Counted from the stretch's first letter, positions 37,428 to 48,038 are shown. The stretch: 64,000 nucleotides of DNA from Treponema sp. (GCF_052169735.1 NZ_JBQNBW010000004.1:548-64547); one strand, 5' to 3'. Program-made: numbers and translations. Notes: generated from the letters alone by a model not told the origin.

Positions 37428-38630
37428 CTACTTTTTCGTTGCTTGCTGCAAGAGCTTGCGACCGGTACTGAGTACACGGTGTGCAACAAGCTCTTCTGAG
37501 CTATCTGCCGGAATGCAAGTTGGTTTTGAACCATCGGTATTACCGATTTCACTTGGTTTCATGCCGTACCAAACATGCATGTGGGCTGGTGTGCCATGCG
37601 GTGTCGTCATTGCTAAGAATGCAAATTTCCCTGCTTGCTGCCGGTCGGTTGCCATAAAGGCATTGGCAGAGGCTCGGAGTTCGTTTGCGCCATCCTGCAT
37701 ATACGCACTGCGTGAAAGTTCCGTAGTGCCCTTCCATACTACTAACTCATTCTTATCCATCCCGGTGATAAATTCAAGGTGTGTAAAATCGGCGGCATTA
37801 CCGTAAGATTTTTTCGCCATTGCGATGATCTCTTCCTTGGTGAAGTCGTTACCATCTTTCTTTCCTGCAAATTCTTTAATGAGCTGTGTATATGCGTTTT
37901 GAACGGCAGGGCGCTGATCATCATAAATCAGTGCCGTGTTGATCCATTTTCCGGCATATGCTGCAAATGATGCTTGCGGAAGCATACCTGCCAGTTCCGG
38001 AACAATTGGAGTAAAGAGCTTTACCAAATCTTCATGCGAGTATGCTGCTTCAGTGTAGGTCGGCCACCACAGAGGATCAGCGTCAACTAAGGATTTTATA
38101 TCGGAGCTTCCAAACCGTATATGCCAGTGCAGCATGCTGTCGGGACTGTCGCGGTGTGGAGGTACTGCAATAAAATAGCGTGCGCTTGCAAGACCTTGTA
38201 CCGGCTTTACCGCTTCAAAAGTATACCATGATGCTTTTTCAAATCCTTTAATAGGACTTGTGCCGACAAAACGGTATTCGCATGCGATTTGCTGTTCTTT
38301 GCCGTCTTGATCTGTTACGGTAAATAAAACGGTATTGGAACCATCAAATTTTGCTTTTAATACCGGTGTTTTCAGCATGCCTGAAACTGCTGTTTTAAGC
38401 CCTTCAGCATTGTAAAACGGCATTTTTTCTGCCTGCGCAGTATAGGTGTCATTCAATTTGGACGCACCGGACACTGCGCTGAGAGATTGCCATTCTCCTT
38501 GCCAAGCAGCAAGCTCTTTTCCCTTTTCCAGCTGTGCTGTTGCGGGTGTTGATGAACAGCCTGTGATACATACACTGCAGAGCATCAATACTACTGCAAT
38601 GTATCCAAAATGTTTTTGATATATCATCAT
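37428..38630 (-). CDS. Lipoprotein with two ZinT/YodA-like metal-binding (lipocalin-like) domains
   Basis: MMIYQKHFGYIAVVLMLCSVCITGC lipobox after AGGAGG. First domain WQGEWQS...HWHIRFG...WWPTY. The second half repeats the pattern: YAGKWIN...HMHVWYG. Confidence 0.7.
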   Translation of the reverse strand: MMIYQKHFGYIAVVLMLCSVCITGCSSTPATAQLEKGKELAAWQGEWQSLSAVSGASKLNDTYTAQAEKMPFYNAEGLKTAVSGMLKTPVLKAKFDGSNTVLFTVTDQDGKEQQIACEYRFVGTSPIKGFEKASWYTFEAVKPVQGLASARYFIAVPPHRDSPDSMLHWHIRFGSSDIKSLVDADPLWWPTYTEAAYSHEDLVKLFTPIVPELAGMLPQASFAAYAGKWINTALIYDDQRPAVQNAYTQLIKEFAGKKDGNDFTKEEIIAMAKKSYGNAADFTHLEFITGMDKNELVVWKGTTELSRSAYMQDGANELRASANAFMATDRQQAGKFAFLAMTTPHGTPAHMHVWYGMKPSEIGNTDGSKPTCIPADSSEELVAHRVLSTGRKLLQQATKK

Positions 38631-38645
38631 AAAACCTCCTGATGA

Positions 38646-38770
38646 ATAGACCTGTTGGATAATTGCGTTGTCGAACAGACCGGCGAGTTCTAAATCGCAT
38701 AAATAAGTACGATTTAAAACATTGCATTTTAAGGTACCCTGTTCCGAAACGGAAATTTTCGAATAGGCTT
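38646..38770 (+). repeat. Three-hairpin MITE-like element, copy 3 (diverged)
   Basis: Same order of modules as 26771-26897. The first stem carries a compensatory change, CTGTTGGA/TCGAACAG against CTATTCGA/TCGAATAG. Confidence 0.75.
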
Positions 38771-38837
38771 TGACTACCATAATTACAAAACTTGCTTAAA
38801 ATGTCAACCATCTGTAACAATTTTTTTCCTATTTATA

Positions 38838-38876
38838 GGAACCTCTAAAAATCTAATCGAGTTTTTGCAGATATCC
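38838..38876. repeat. REP-like palindrome
   Basis: GGAACCTCTAAAAATCTAATCGAGTTTTTGCAGATATCC. Confidence 0.5.
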
Positions 38877-39001
38877 TGATGAATTGTTTTGATTATCTTT
38901 GCTCTCTGCGGTTTATATTATAGAAAAAACTGCATCTATCATCTTTGTTTTGCTTTTTCTCAGTTGTTGATTTTATTGTCTATGCGGTATATAATCCTCA
39001 A

Positions 39002-40060
39002 ATGCTTTTTTATATATCAGGGCTGTTGTCATCTGCTTTTGGACCTATGCGGCTTTTACAGTCCTATTTAGTGCTTATTGCTATTGCGTTTTATCTCGGT
39101 TTTTTTCTGACTGTGTTTGTATTGCCGCGTTTTTATGTTCGGTTGCCTAAGGATCGGGGTAGGGAGTTTACGGTTGCTCCTGAAGCGGCAAAGGGGAAAC
39201 CTACCGGCGGCGGTGTGGTATTTATTACCATATTTGTTGTGATGATTTTTTTGCTGATTATTCCTTCAGCGACGCAAATTGCAGTATTGATTTTAACCTG
39301 GCTGGTTATGTTGACTGGGTATTTGGATGACCGCTCTCTTACGCCGTGGGGAGAATACCGAAAGGGACTTTTGGACTTGGTACTGTCGCTGATAACGGCA
39401 ACGGTGCTTTTCCATTGTTATTTTAACGATAGTATTTCCTATTGGATCCCGTTTATGAGTCAAAGTATTGCGGTGCATCCCGTAGTATTTTTTACTGTTT
39501 CGGTTTTGATTTTGTGGTTTTCAATTAATACAACGAATTGTACCGATGGAGTGGATGGGCTTTCCGGGACGTTGATTTTAACCGCGCTCATTTCCCTCGG
39601 CGCTGTTTTCTATTTTATTATCGGGAATGTGAAAGTTTCAGCGTATTTGCTGATTCCGCATCGGATGGATGGTGCTCAGTGGGCTCTTATTTGTTTTAGC
39701 CTTTCCGGAGTGCTTATGGGGTATCTGTGGCATAATGCCTATCCGAGTAAAGTGATGATGGGGGATGCAGGCTCCCGTGCTCTTGGTTTTTTTATCGGAG
39801 TGCTGGTTATTATTTCCGGCAATCCGTTCTTACTGTTGATGACGAGCGGGATGATCCTTTTAAATGGCGGTACGGGGCTGGTAAAACTTGCTTTGCTGCG
39901 CTTTTTTCATATCCGCATTTTCAGGAATATCCGCTTTCCGCTGCATGATCACATGCGGAAGAATTTGCAATGGTCGTCTACACAAGTATTAATCAAGTTC
40001 CTTATTTTGCAGCTTTTGATTACGGTTGCTGTGTTCGCCGTTCTCTTTAAAATCCGGTAA
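39002..40060 (+). CDS. mraY: Phospho-N-acetylmuramoyl-pentapeptide transferase
   Basis: GT4 family membrane protein with KGKPTGGG, NCTDGVDGL and MGDAGSRALG motifs. I chose the start at MLFYISGLL. Confidence 0.9.
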   Translation: MLFYISGLLSSAFGPMRLLQSYLVLIAIAFYLGFFLTVFVLPRFYVRLPKDRGREFTVAPEAAKGKPTGGGVVFITIFVVMIFLLIIPSATQIAVLILTWLVMLTGYLDDRSLTPWGEYRKGLLDLVLSLITATVLFHCYFNDSISYWIPFMSQSIAVHPVVFFTVSVLILWFSINTTNCTDGVDGLSGTLILTALISLGAVFYFIIGNVKVSAYLLIPHRMDGAQWALICFSLSGVLMGYLWHNAYPSKVMMGDAGSRALGFFIGVLVIISGNPFLLLMTSGMILLNGGTGLVKLALLRFFHIRIFRNIRFPLHDHMRKNLQWSSTQVLIKFLILQLLITVAVFAVLFKIR

Positions 40061-40155
40061 TTTTGAACTGCTTAAAGCGAATGGGAATGGTGAAAAACTA
40101 CACGCTTTATCCGTTTTTTCATGCTGATCCGTATTTTTAGCGATGTCCGATAATC

Positions 40156-40908
40156 TTGAGTTACGGTATGAATGCTCATGAGAATATGCTGCTGACGGCA
40201 GACTCCGCTCTGTTTGTCCGGAGCGAAGCGCTTATAGGTGCAGAAGGGATTGAACGGTTCCGCAAACTGCGGGTTGCCGTGTTCGGAATCGGCGGGGTAG
40301 GGGGCTATACGGTTGAAGCGCTTGCCCGTGCAGGGGTTGGTACGCTCTATCTTATTGACGGCGATACGTTGAGCTATTCTAATCTGAACCGGCAACTCTT
40401 TGCGCTGCATTCTACCATCGGGCAGTATAAGACTGCCGCTGCTGCTGCACGTATTGCCGATATAAATCCTGCCTGTACGGTTTATCAAATAACCCGGCAC
40501 GTTTTACCTGCGGATGACGGTACGCTGCCGGATTTACCGTTTTTACCGGATATTGATTTTATTGTTGATGCTGTTGATACTATTGCACTGAAAGTTGCAC
40601 TTGCAGCAGCGGCGGAATCCTGCAGTATTCCGATGCTTGCGGCAATGGGCTGCGGGAATAAGCTCCGTGCTGATCTCTTTACGTTTACAGATATTTATAG
40701 TACCTCTGTATGTCCCTTGTGTAAAACAATGCGAGGTCTGTTAAAAAAACGGCAGGTTAAGCGTTTACGGGTCTTATATTCACGGGAAATACCGAATGTC
40801 AGGAGCCGTCCGCCCAGTTCTGTTTCTTGGGTACCTGCCGCTGCCGGTATTTTATTGGCTGGAGAGGTGCTTAATCAGGTATTGCTTGGTGGTGTATCTG
40901 AACGGTAA
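40156..40908 (+). CDS. tcdA: ThiF-family tRNA threonylcarbamoyladenosine dehydratase-like protein
   Basis: FGIGGVGGYTVEALARAGVGTLYLIDGDTLSYSNLNRQ. About 250 aa. The start is 40156 (TTG) or 40168 (ATG). Confidence 0.75.
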   Translation: MSYGMNAHENMLLTADSALFVRSEALIGAEGIERFRKLRVAVFGIGGVGGYTVEALARAGVGTLYLIDGDTLSYSNLNRQLFALHSTIGQYKTAAAAARIADINPACTVYQITRHVLPADDGTLPDLPFLPDIDFIVDAVDTIALKVALAAAAESCSIPMLAAMGCGNKLRADLFTFTDIYSTSVCPLCKTMRGLLKKRQVKRLRVLYSREIPNVRSRPPSSVSWVPAAAGILLAGEVLNQVLLGGVSER

Positions 40909-40922
40909 AATGCGGCGTTTTC

Positions 40923-41381
40923 CTAAAGCGCTTTTCTCCTTAGCTCTTCCATTTTCCGATGCTCTTGTGCATTGATCATATCATCCAGCATTACATCTTG
41001 CTGTTTCAGCCAATCTGTTCTCCATTCTACTTCTTTCCGTTCCCGTAGTTTTGTAACGATGAGCCGTTCTTGGTGTGCTTTTATATAGAGCGCCCGCATT
41101 TTTTCTATTACCAGCTCTGCCTCTGCCAGTGCCTTGAGCTGTTGTTCACGTTCTCCATGAAGACGTTCAAGGTAGTTGCCGTGTATGCTGAAGTCTTCAC
41201 TGGTTTTTGCACTGACTTTGAGTGATTGGCGCGTCCGTACTTCTGCCTTGCCTATTTCTGTAAGGCGTAATACGATCGATTCGCGGGCAGCAATAGCATG
41301 ACCGAGATTTGTTTCAGCTTCTTTTTCACGGAAGGTGCGGAGATCTAAGAGTTTTTGCAAGCGGAAGTGAAATCTTTGCAT
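40923..41381 (-). CDS. fliJ: Flagellar export chaperone FliJ
   Basis: 152-aa coiled-coil protein immediately after fliI. The N-terminus FRLQKLLDLR is typical. Confidence 0.75.
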   Translation of the reverse strand: MQRFHFRLQKLLDLRTFREKEAETNLGHAIAARESIVLRLTEIGKAEVRTRQSLKVSAKTSEDFSIHGNYLERLHGEREQQLKALAEAELVIEKMRALYIKAHQERLIVTKLRERKEVEWRTDWLKQQDVMLDDMINAQEHRKMEELRRKAL

Positions 41382-41395
41382 ATCTATCGGTCACT

Positions 41396-42832
41396 TTACT
41401 GGACTATACCCGATTCTGGCTGGTTAAGCTCTGTCTGATAGAGATCAGCTGCTTCTGACGGCATAAGATATTTCTTAGCAGCTCCTGTTCCTTCTTGAAA
41501 GCTTTCTTCTTGCGGTATATCAATATGCGTAATGCTGCTGAGCTGCTCAAGTGTTTTGTTGATAGGAGCTGGATCGTTGGTTTCTTGCTGCAAAAACGCT
41601 TCGATTTTTTCGTGGTGATCGATTGCTTCGTCGATGGCTGGATTGCTGCCTTTTTGATATGCTCCTACTTGGATCATATCCTCCGCCTCTGCATACACAG
41701 CCATGAGGCGGCGCATATATTGGGCTGCTTTTTTGCTGCATTCGCCGGAGACACGGTTTGCTAAACGGGAAATACTGCCAAGTATGTCGATAGCGGGGTA
41801 GTGTCCGCGCTGTGCAAGTTTTCTATTGAGTACAATGTGTCCGTCTAAGATACCGCGTACCGCATCTGAAATCGGTTCGTCCATATCATCACCGTCAACT
41901 AATACGGTATAAAAACCGGTAATTGAACCCTTTGCCGAGGTGCCGCTCCGTTCAAGTAATTTCGGCAATACCTCAAATACGCTTGGGGTGTAGCCGCGGG
42001 TTGCGGGCGCTTCTCCCATAGAAAGGCTGATTTCCCGCTGTGCTTTTGCAAACCGTGTTACCGAATCAAAAAGGAGCATCACATCCTTGCCTTGGTCGCG
42101 GAAATATTCTGCGATTGCAGTTGCCGTGTATGCTCCGCGGATACGGGCAAGCGGACTGGTATCTGAGGTAGCAGTTACTACTACGGAGTGCTTTAAGCCT
42201 TCCGGACCAAGATCATGCTCTAAAAAGTCGTTTACTTCGCGTCCCCGCTCTCCAATAAGAGCAATAACATTGACATCTGCGTTGGTATTCCGTGCAACCA
42301 TGCCCATCAAAGTCGATTTCCCGATACCGGAACCTGCAAAGATACCGACACGCTGTCCTTTTCCGACAGCAAGGAGGGCATCTATGGCACGGATTCCTGT
42401 TACAATGCGGTCTTTGATCGGGCGGCGTTCCATAGGATCAGGCGGCTGTGCAATAATAGGGTAGCGGAGGGCTGAGTAGGGTTCTTGTTTGCCGTCGGCA
42501 GACTTTCCAAGCGCATCAACCACCCTACCGAGCAGCACTGAACCTACGGGTACAGAGAGCATAGTGCCGCTTGCAATCACTTCACAGCCGATTTTTACAC
42601 CTTGTATATCGCTATAGCTCATAAGCTGCACGGTAGAGCCATTGAGACCGATGACTTCAGCAAGAATACTCTCCGAACGATTCTTTATATTAATTCGGCA
42701 TAATTCGCCGACACAGGCTTGCGGCCCTTGACTTTCGATAAGCAAGCCCTGTACGCGGGAAACAACACCGATGTGTTTGATCGGCTCCGTTTCGTCAACC
42801 GCTTCGAGATATTTATCAAAGAGTGTGCTCAT
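41396..42832 (-). CDS. fliI: Flagellum-specific ATPase FliI
   Basis: Walker A GSGIGKST and Walker B VMLLFDS. F1-beta-like. Confidence 0.95.
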   Translation of the reverse strand: MSTLFDKYLEAVDETEPIKHIGVVSRVQGLLIESQGPQACVGELCRINIKNRSESILAEVIGLNGSTVQLMSYSDIQGVKIGCEVIASGTMLSVPVGSVLLGRVVDALGKSADGKQEPYSALRYPIIAQPPDPMERRPIKDRIVTGIRAIDALLAVGKGQRVGIFAGSGIGKSTLMGMVARNTNADVNVIALIGERGREVNDFLEHDLGPEGLKHSVVVTATSDTSPLARIRGAYTATAIAEYFRDQGKDVMLLFDSVTRFAKAQREISLSMGEAPATRGYTPSVFEVLPKLLERSGTSAKGSITGFYTVLVDGDDMDEPISDAVRGILDGHIVLNRKLAQRGHYPAIDILGSISRLANRVSGECSKKAAQYMRRLMAVYAEAEDMIQVGAYQKGSNPAIDEAIDHHEKIEAFLQQETNDPAPINKTLEQLSSITHIDIPQEESFQEGTGAAKKYLMPSEAADLYQTELNQPESGIVQ

Positions 42833-42835
42833 AGA

Positions 42836-43801
42836 TTACTTACGGCTTGATGCTGCAGGAGCTGCTGCCGCTTGCGTGCGTATGGGGGAAATTTCAAGGA
42901 TACGCTGTTCAAGCTCATGGAGCTGCGAAGCTATTCGTGCATCTACCGAACCGAAATCAGTTTCGATAATACAGCCGCCTGCATCAACGGTATGATCTTC
43001 TACAACGGTTATATTCTTGATGTTTTCAGCAGCAGCTAAGAAGTCCTTGGTATGTTCCGTCGTTAATCCGACATCGGCAAGATTTACCCGCAATATGACA
43101 TCGGCTCTCCCTTTTACTTTACGCAGTGCATGAATAATATTTGAGCTTACCACATTCCGCTGGTTTTCGGAGATTACTTTTACAACCTTACGGGTCATCA
43201 GCAGTACTAAGTCTACAATCTGCTGTTCGGTCTCGGAGAGAATTTGCTGCCGTTTATCCATGGTACGTTCGATCATCGTATGCAGCCGTTCGATTAAACG
43301 GGTTACCTCCGCTTTTCCTTCTTTATATCCTGCTTCCCGTCCTGCTTCAAAGCCTTCAGTGAATGCCTTTTTTTGGGTTGCCGCTTCCGTTTGCTCTGCC
43401 TTGTCGATAATATCAGCTGCCTTCTTTTCTGCTTCACTGACTATTTCTTGCGATTGCGTCCGCATCTTTTGACTATCGACTTGCGCAGTATTCATTTGGC
43501 GCTTCACTTCATCAAAAGCGGTCTTTTTTGCGTTTTCGATAATTTGATCAGCTTCACGGTGCGCATCTTCGATGAGTTTCTCTTTCTCCTGCTCCCACTG
43601 GCGTTTAAACTCTTCCGCCTCCTGCTTCAGCTCTTCGAGTGTCGGTCCCTCAGGTACGGGAGCTGTTTCTACTTCTTCTTCAGACATCTCCGGCTCAAAT
43701 GTTTTTGCCAAACTCAGTACCATATCATCGCTGATCTTTTTTACTTCAAAATCACGGAAAATATTTTTAGCCACTTTCAGAATCTCCTTTTGCAGGCACA
43801 A
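42836..43801 (-). CDS. fliH: Flagellar assembly protein FliH
   Basis: Position between fliG and fliI. Glu/Lys-rich coiled-coil central region and a conserved C-terminal domain. Confidence 0.85.
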   Translation of the reverse strand: MCLQKEILKVAKNIFRDFEVKKISDDMVLSLAKTFEPEMSEEEVETAPVPEGPTLEELKQEAEEFKRQWEQEKEKLIEDAHREADQIIENAKKTAFDEVKRQMNTAQVDSQKMRTQSQEIVSEAEKKAADIIDKAEQTEAATQKKAFTEGFEAGREAGYKEGKAEVTRLIERLHTMIERTMDKRQQILSETEQQIVDLVLLMTRKVVKVISENQRNVVSSNIIHALRKVKGRADVILRVNLADVGLTTEHTKDFLAAAENIKNITVVEDHTVDAGGCIIETDFGSVDARIASQLHELEQRILEISPIRTQAAAAPAASSRK

Positions 43802-43853
43802 TTATTCCATTGACTGAGAGGAATACTCAAAAATTTTAGTTTTTGGAGTATCC

Positions 43854-44915
43854 TTATACAATCATTTCATCTTCATCCGAGCGGGCAATAACAATATCGC
43901 CGTTATCTTCCAAGTGCCGGATGATAGAAACAATCTTTTGCTGAGCTTCTTCGACATCCTTTAATCGGGTCGGCCCCATAAATTCCATCTCTTCCTTCAG
44001 CATGCTTGCAGCGCGTTTTGACATATTCTTGAATATTTTATCCTGTACTTCAGTATCGACAATTTTAAGCGCTTTTGCGAGTTCTTCGGTATTGACTTCG
44101 CGCAGTACCTTTTGAATTGAACGGTCGTCAAGCATAACGATATCTTCGAATACAAACATGCGCTTTTTAATTTCTTCTGCAAGGTCGGGATCTTGATCTT
44201 CAAGAGATTCGATAATCGACTTTTCGGAAGAGCGGTCAACAAGGTTGAGAATTTCAACGATATTTTCAACACCGCCTGCTGCCGTGTAGTCTTCACTGGA
44301 GAGGGTAGAAAGTTTCTTTTCAAGAACCCGTTCAACTTCGCGAAGAACATCGGGCGAGGTTCTATCCATGGTAGCAATACGGCGCGCAACATCACTCTGA
44401 ATGTCATCAGAAAGGTTTTGTAAAATAACCGATGCTTTCTGCGGTTCCAAGTATGCAAGAATGAGTGCAATAGTTTGCGGGTGTTCTTGCTGGATAAAGT
44501 TTAAAAGATGCGTAGGATCGGTACGCCGGATAAAGTCAAAGGGGCGTACCTGCAATGAGCTGGTAAGCCGGTTGATAACCTCAATGGCTTTTTGGCTGCC
44601 CAAAGACTTTTCCAATAAGCCGCGTGCATAGTCGATACCGCCGGTTGTAATGAATTTCTGAGCTTGCATTAAATCCTGAAATTCCTGTAAAACTGCATCT
44701 TTTAATTCGGATTCGATGGTCTCCGTACGGGCAATTTCAAAAACAAGCTTTTCAATTTCATCTTCACGGAGCTGCTCCATGATTTTTGCAGAAATTTCTT
44801 CCCCGACCGAAACTAAAAATATTGCTGCTTTCTGCCGTCCATTCAAGGATTTTATATCTTTTTGTTTTTTGCCGCCTGCTGCATTTGCTTTTTCTTTTGC
44901 TGGTGACACTGCCAT
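43854..44915 (-). CDS. fliG: Flagellar motor switch protein FliG (full length)
   Basis: EHPQT motif, GG linker and C-terminal MSKRAASMLKEEMEFMGPTRL charged ridge. Confidence 0.95.
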   Translation of the reverse strand: MAVSPAKEKANAAGGKKQKDIKSLNGRQKAAIFLVSVGEEISAKIMEQLREDEIEKLVFEIARTETIESELKDAVLQEFQDLMQAQKFITTGGIDYARGLLEKSLGSQKAIEVINRLTSSLQVRPFDFIRRTDPTHLLNFIQQEHPQTIALILAYLEPQKASVILQNLSDDIQSDVARRIATMDRTSPDVLREVERVLEKKLSTLSSEDYTAAGGVENIVEILNLVDRSSEKSIIESLEDQDPDLAEEIKKRMFVFEDIVMLDDRSIQKVLREVNTEELAKALKIVDTEVQDKIFKNMSKRAASMLKEEMEFMGPTRLKDVEEAQQKIVSIIRHLEDNGDIVIARSDEDEMIV

Positions 44916-44916
44916 A

Positions 44917-46620
44917 CTATTCCTCCATCAACCATGTGCGCAGCAGCAATGCAACATCTTCAGGATGCTCGCGCGCAAGATTTATAACATTTTCTGATAG
45001 TTCGCGCCGCTTCATCTCTTCTACGGACATCGAAACTTCCATACCTGCCTGTTCAGCCTCCCACAGAGCTTTTTCACGTTCAAGCTGATGCTGGCGTAAG
45101 AGTTCTTCTTCGCGGAGGCGTTTTCTCCGTTCAAGTTCTCTGCTTATCACGCGGTAGATAATAAAGATGAGCAGGAGAACAGCCAAACCTGACAAGCTGA
45201 TTAAGATAATCCGCTGCCGTTGGATAGCTTTAAAGTACGCCTCATCCTCTTTTTCAAAATCCGCCATACGGTCGAACTGGATATTAAGTACACTCACCGA
45301 GTCATTGCGCTTTATATTGTAGCCGATAGCGTCTTGCACTGCTTTTGTTGCCTTTTGCAGCTCTTCATCGGAAATAGGAATATACTCGCGTTCTATGTGT
45401 CCGTCTTTGACTACCACATTCCCGTTTGCATCTTTCTTTTTGCGCCATTGCCCGTCTATATTGACCGACACGGTACGGCGTCCCATTTCAGGGCTGACAA
45501 TCTCAGATGTTCTCCGGCTGCCGATTTCTTCGTTGGTTCTTACGATAGACTGCGTAGACAAACCGGTAAGGTTACTAGTGTCCCTGTATGAAGGCGGTGT
45601 TTGTCCTTCTACACCTGCCGGTCCTTCGGGATTATAACCGGTGCCTTGGTAGGTGGTGGTTGCTGTTTCCGAAGACCGTGTTACCGATGCGCGTATTTCG
45701 GAGTCATCATAGGGGGTATCCGGGTTATCCGCCTTGAGCTGGAACGGGAGATATTCAATTGTTTCCGCCGTTTTTTCCGACATATCCATATCGATTTTAA
45801 TACTGAGATCACGGACACGGTCGGTACCGTATGTTTTTTGCAAGATATTTAATATCTTTATTTCATACTGTGTTTCCAGCTTTGAGATAATCTTTTGCTG
45901 TTTTTCGATAAGGGATAGGCGGTCATAATCTTTCATACCGGCAAAATCATTCAGAATACTTCCATTGTTATCCGCGATGGTGATATTATCATCTGTGAGA
46001 CCTTCTACCGCGTACTTGAGGAGTTTTTGGATTCCTTCTATCTTTTTGCGGTTTGTGCTGATGTCGCTGCCGGGTTTGGGATAGAGAATAATGCTGGCTG
46101 TCACCGGATTTTGCTCTGCCTGAAAGAGTTTATCCTCCGGGATATTAACGACAACGCTTGCGTCATCCACATCATCCAGCGCTTTAATATGTTTCCTGAC
46201 CTCTTCGATAACGGCACGCCGCACATCAATGTTCCGCTCAAAATCCGTCCGCGTCCAGCGTTCTACATCAAAAATAGCCCATGGATCGGTGTTTTTGGGA
46301 ATAAGATCTTCCCGTAACAGGATAGTCCGCATTCTACGGGCTGTTTGTTCATCCTTTACGGAAATAAGTCCCGCCTCGGAAACGGACGTTTTTACATTTT
46401 CTTGATTGAGCCGCAAGACAATCCGTTCTCTGAGCGCTTCATCCGTTACCGGAGTATCAATAAGCAGCACAAGAGAGGGCTTTGCTGACCATGAGGTAAG
46501 CAAGACAATAACAACGATTGCCGCAATGACAACAGCTGCCAATATCCCCTTTTGGATAGGCGTCCACTTGCCCCACAGTGTTTTGATTTGTGCGAGCGTT
46601 TTTTTAAACCATTCGTTCAT
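44917..46620 (-). CDS. fliF: Flagellar MS-ring protein FliF
   Basis: 567 aa with N- and C-terminal TM segments. Lies between fliE and fliG. Confidence 0.95.
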   Translation of the reverse strand: MNEWFKKTLAQIKTLWGKWTPIQKGILAAVVIAAIVVIVLLTSWSAKPSLVLLIDTPVTDEALRERIVLRLNQENVKTSVSEAGLISVKDEQTARRMRTILLREDLIPKNTDPWAIFDVERWTRTDFERNIDVRRAVIEEVRKHIKALDDVDDASVVVNIPEDKLFQAEQNPVTASIILYPKPGSDISTNRKKIEGIQKLLKYAVEGLTDDNITIADNNGSILNDFAGMKDYDRLSLIEKQQKIISKLETQYEIKILNILQKTYGTDRVRDLSIKIDMDMSEKTAETIEYLPFQLKADNPDTPYDDSEIRASVTRSSETATTTYQGTGYNPEGPAGVEGQTPPSYRDTSNLTGLSTQSIVRTNEEIGSRRTSEIVSPEMGRRTVSVNIDGQWRKKKDANGNVVVKDGHIEREYIPISDEELQKATKAVQDAIGYNIKRNDSVSVLNIQFDRMADFEKEDEAYFKAIQRQRIILISLSGLAVLLLIFIIYRVISRELERRKRLREEELLRQHQLEREKALWEAEQAGMEVSMSVEEMKRRELSENVINLAREHPEDVALLLRTWLMEE

Positions 46621-46670
46621 GTGTCCTCCCCTTACAGAACGAACCTGCTACAATAAGTATAACAGCTCCA

Positions 46671-47033
46671 TTATCTGGTTATAGTAATATCATTCCAACT
46701 TTTTACAACGCGGTCAATCAGCGTTTGTGCAATTTTTAACGACATACTGGCTTCCGCCATTGCAATCGTTATGTCATGTACATCAACGGATTCCGGGTCA
46801 ACAATCATCTGCTGACCAAGTTCCGCAGTACGCTGCTGTTTTGTATTTACTTCATCAAAGGCTTTCAGCAAGGTTTGCTCAAAGCTCATTGCTTTTTTGT
46901 TTACTGCCGTATCAACTAAATCCGTATCGGAAACCATGCGGCTGCGGAAGTTGTCAACGGTAACCGGCGCTATTGCCGGATTTTTCATAACGGCAGGTAC
47001 CTTGTACAGGGTTGCCGTATTAGTAATAGTCAT
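46671..47033 (-). CDS. fliE: Flagellar hook-basal body protein FliE
   Basis: 120 aa with a C-terminal FliE-like helix (AMAEASMSLKIAQTLIDRVVKSWNDI). Gene order supports the call. Confidence 0.85.
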   Translation of the reverse strand: MTITNTATLYKVPAVMKNPAIAPVTVDNFRSRMVSDTDLVDTAVNKKAMSFEQTLLKAFDEVNTKQQRTAELGQQMIVDPESVDVHDITIAMAEASMSLKIAQTLIDRVVKSWNDITITR

Positions 47034-47073
47034 ACTGACTCCTTTTTAACCTTGGCTATGTACCGGTACCCTA

Positions 47074-47529
47074 TTAGCGTCCGATTTCAAGTGCCCGCTG
47101 GAACATTTCTTTTGATCCTTGGACAACGGCAGCATTTGCTTCATAAGAGCGGGAAGCGGAGATAAGGTCAACCATTTCCGTTACAATGTTTACATTCGGG
47201 TATTCCACATATCCTGCCTTAGGTCCTGAAAGAATGGCATGGGGATGATCGGGTTCATACGAAAGCCGCGGTTCGGAATTGTCTTTTTCTATGCCGGTTA
47301 CCCGCACTCCCGTACCGACTCCCCGATCCATATCCCCTGAAACGAAGGGAAGCCGCCAGTCAATCCCATCACTTTTTTGTGCAAGAATGACACGGCTGCG
47401 GCGGAAATAACCGCCTTCCTGTGAACTCGTAGTGGAAGCATTGGCAATGTTGTCGGAAATAACATCAGTCCGCAGCCGTTCGGCGCTCATGCCGGTTGCC
47501 GCTATATTGATACTGCTAAAGATACCCAT
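47074..47529 (-). CDS. flgC: Flagellar basal-body rod protein FlgC
   Basis: N-terminal rod motif SAERLRTDVISDNIANA. C-terminal YEANAAV. Confidence 0.95.
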   Translation of the reverse strand: MGIFSSINIAATGMSAERLRTDVISDNIANASTTSSQEGGYFRRSRVILAQKSDGIDWRLPFVSGDMDRGVGTGVRVTGIEKDNSEPRLSYEPDHPHAILSGPKAGYVEYPNVNIVTEMVDLISASRSYEANAAVVQGSKEMFQRALEIGR

Positions 47530-47554
47530 GTATTGCTCCTATAAACCTCAAACC

Positions 47555-47974
47555 TTATTTTAATACCGACTGTACTTGACTGTACTGAAAACCGGTCATT
47601 TGACTCAACAGCTGATACTGCATTTGGATCTTGAGGATGTTCATTGCTTCTTCCTCAGCATCGACATTGTTTCCGTTTGCTTTCACTGTAGTTGCATAAT
47701 CCAGTACACGCCGCGGAGACACTGACCGGTAATCGATAACTCCGTCTGATGCAATATGGCGGGGATCAGTTACTGCAAGCTGAAATTGCCCCGCACTCCG
47801 TTTTTCGGAATCGAGGGCACGCTTTAATTCCGTTTCAAAATTGACCGAAGTCCGCTTAAAATCCGGTATCTCCGAACTTGCAAGGTTATTTGCCGATACG
47901 GTATAGCGGAGAGCGTTTACATCAAGCGCCCGGTGTAAAAGATCAACCGTTTTTTGAAAACTGTTAATATGCAT
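47555..47974 (-). CDS. flgB: Flagellar basal-body rod protein FlgB
   Basis: Rod N-terminal motif RYTVSANNLAS. Gene order supports the call. Confidence 0.9.
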   Translation of the reverse strand: MHINSFQKTVDLLHRALDVNALRYTVSANNLASSEIPDFKRTSVNFETELKRALDSEKRSAGQFQLAVTDPRHIASDGVIDYRSVSPRRVLDYATTVKANGNNVDAEEEAMNILKIQMQYQLLSQMTGFQYSQVQSVLK

Positions 47975-48038
47975 CTCAACTCCTTTAAATTATTTGTATA
48001 CTCATATATCGGCAGTAAAATTTTTTGCTTGAGACAGC

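Noticed and set aside
38691-38716. TAAATCG-N12-CGATTTA palindrome upstream of the ZinT-like gene as a possible Zur/Fur-type box
   Set aside because: The same palindrome is the middle hairpin of every copy of the three-hairpin element, including copies next to unrelated genes. Its spacing does not fit the 7-1-7 Zur/Fur box geometry.
40072-40500. 142-aa minus-strand ORF overlapping the tcdA 5' half
   Set aside because: The plus frame has the ThiF GxGGxG motif, so the minus ORF is an antisense artefact.
48006-48013. GCCGATAT (minus strand) upstream of flgB, resembling the sigma28 -10 box GCCGATAA
   Set aside because: No TAAA-type -35 element lies at the expected spacing. Spirochete flgB operons are reported to be sigma70-dependent. 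A single 8-mer match is weak evidence.
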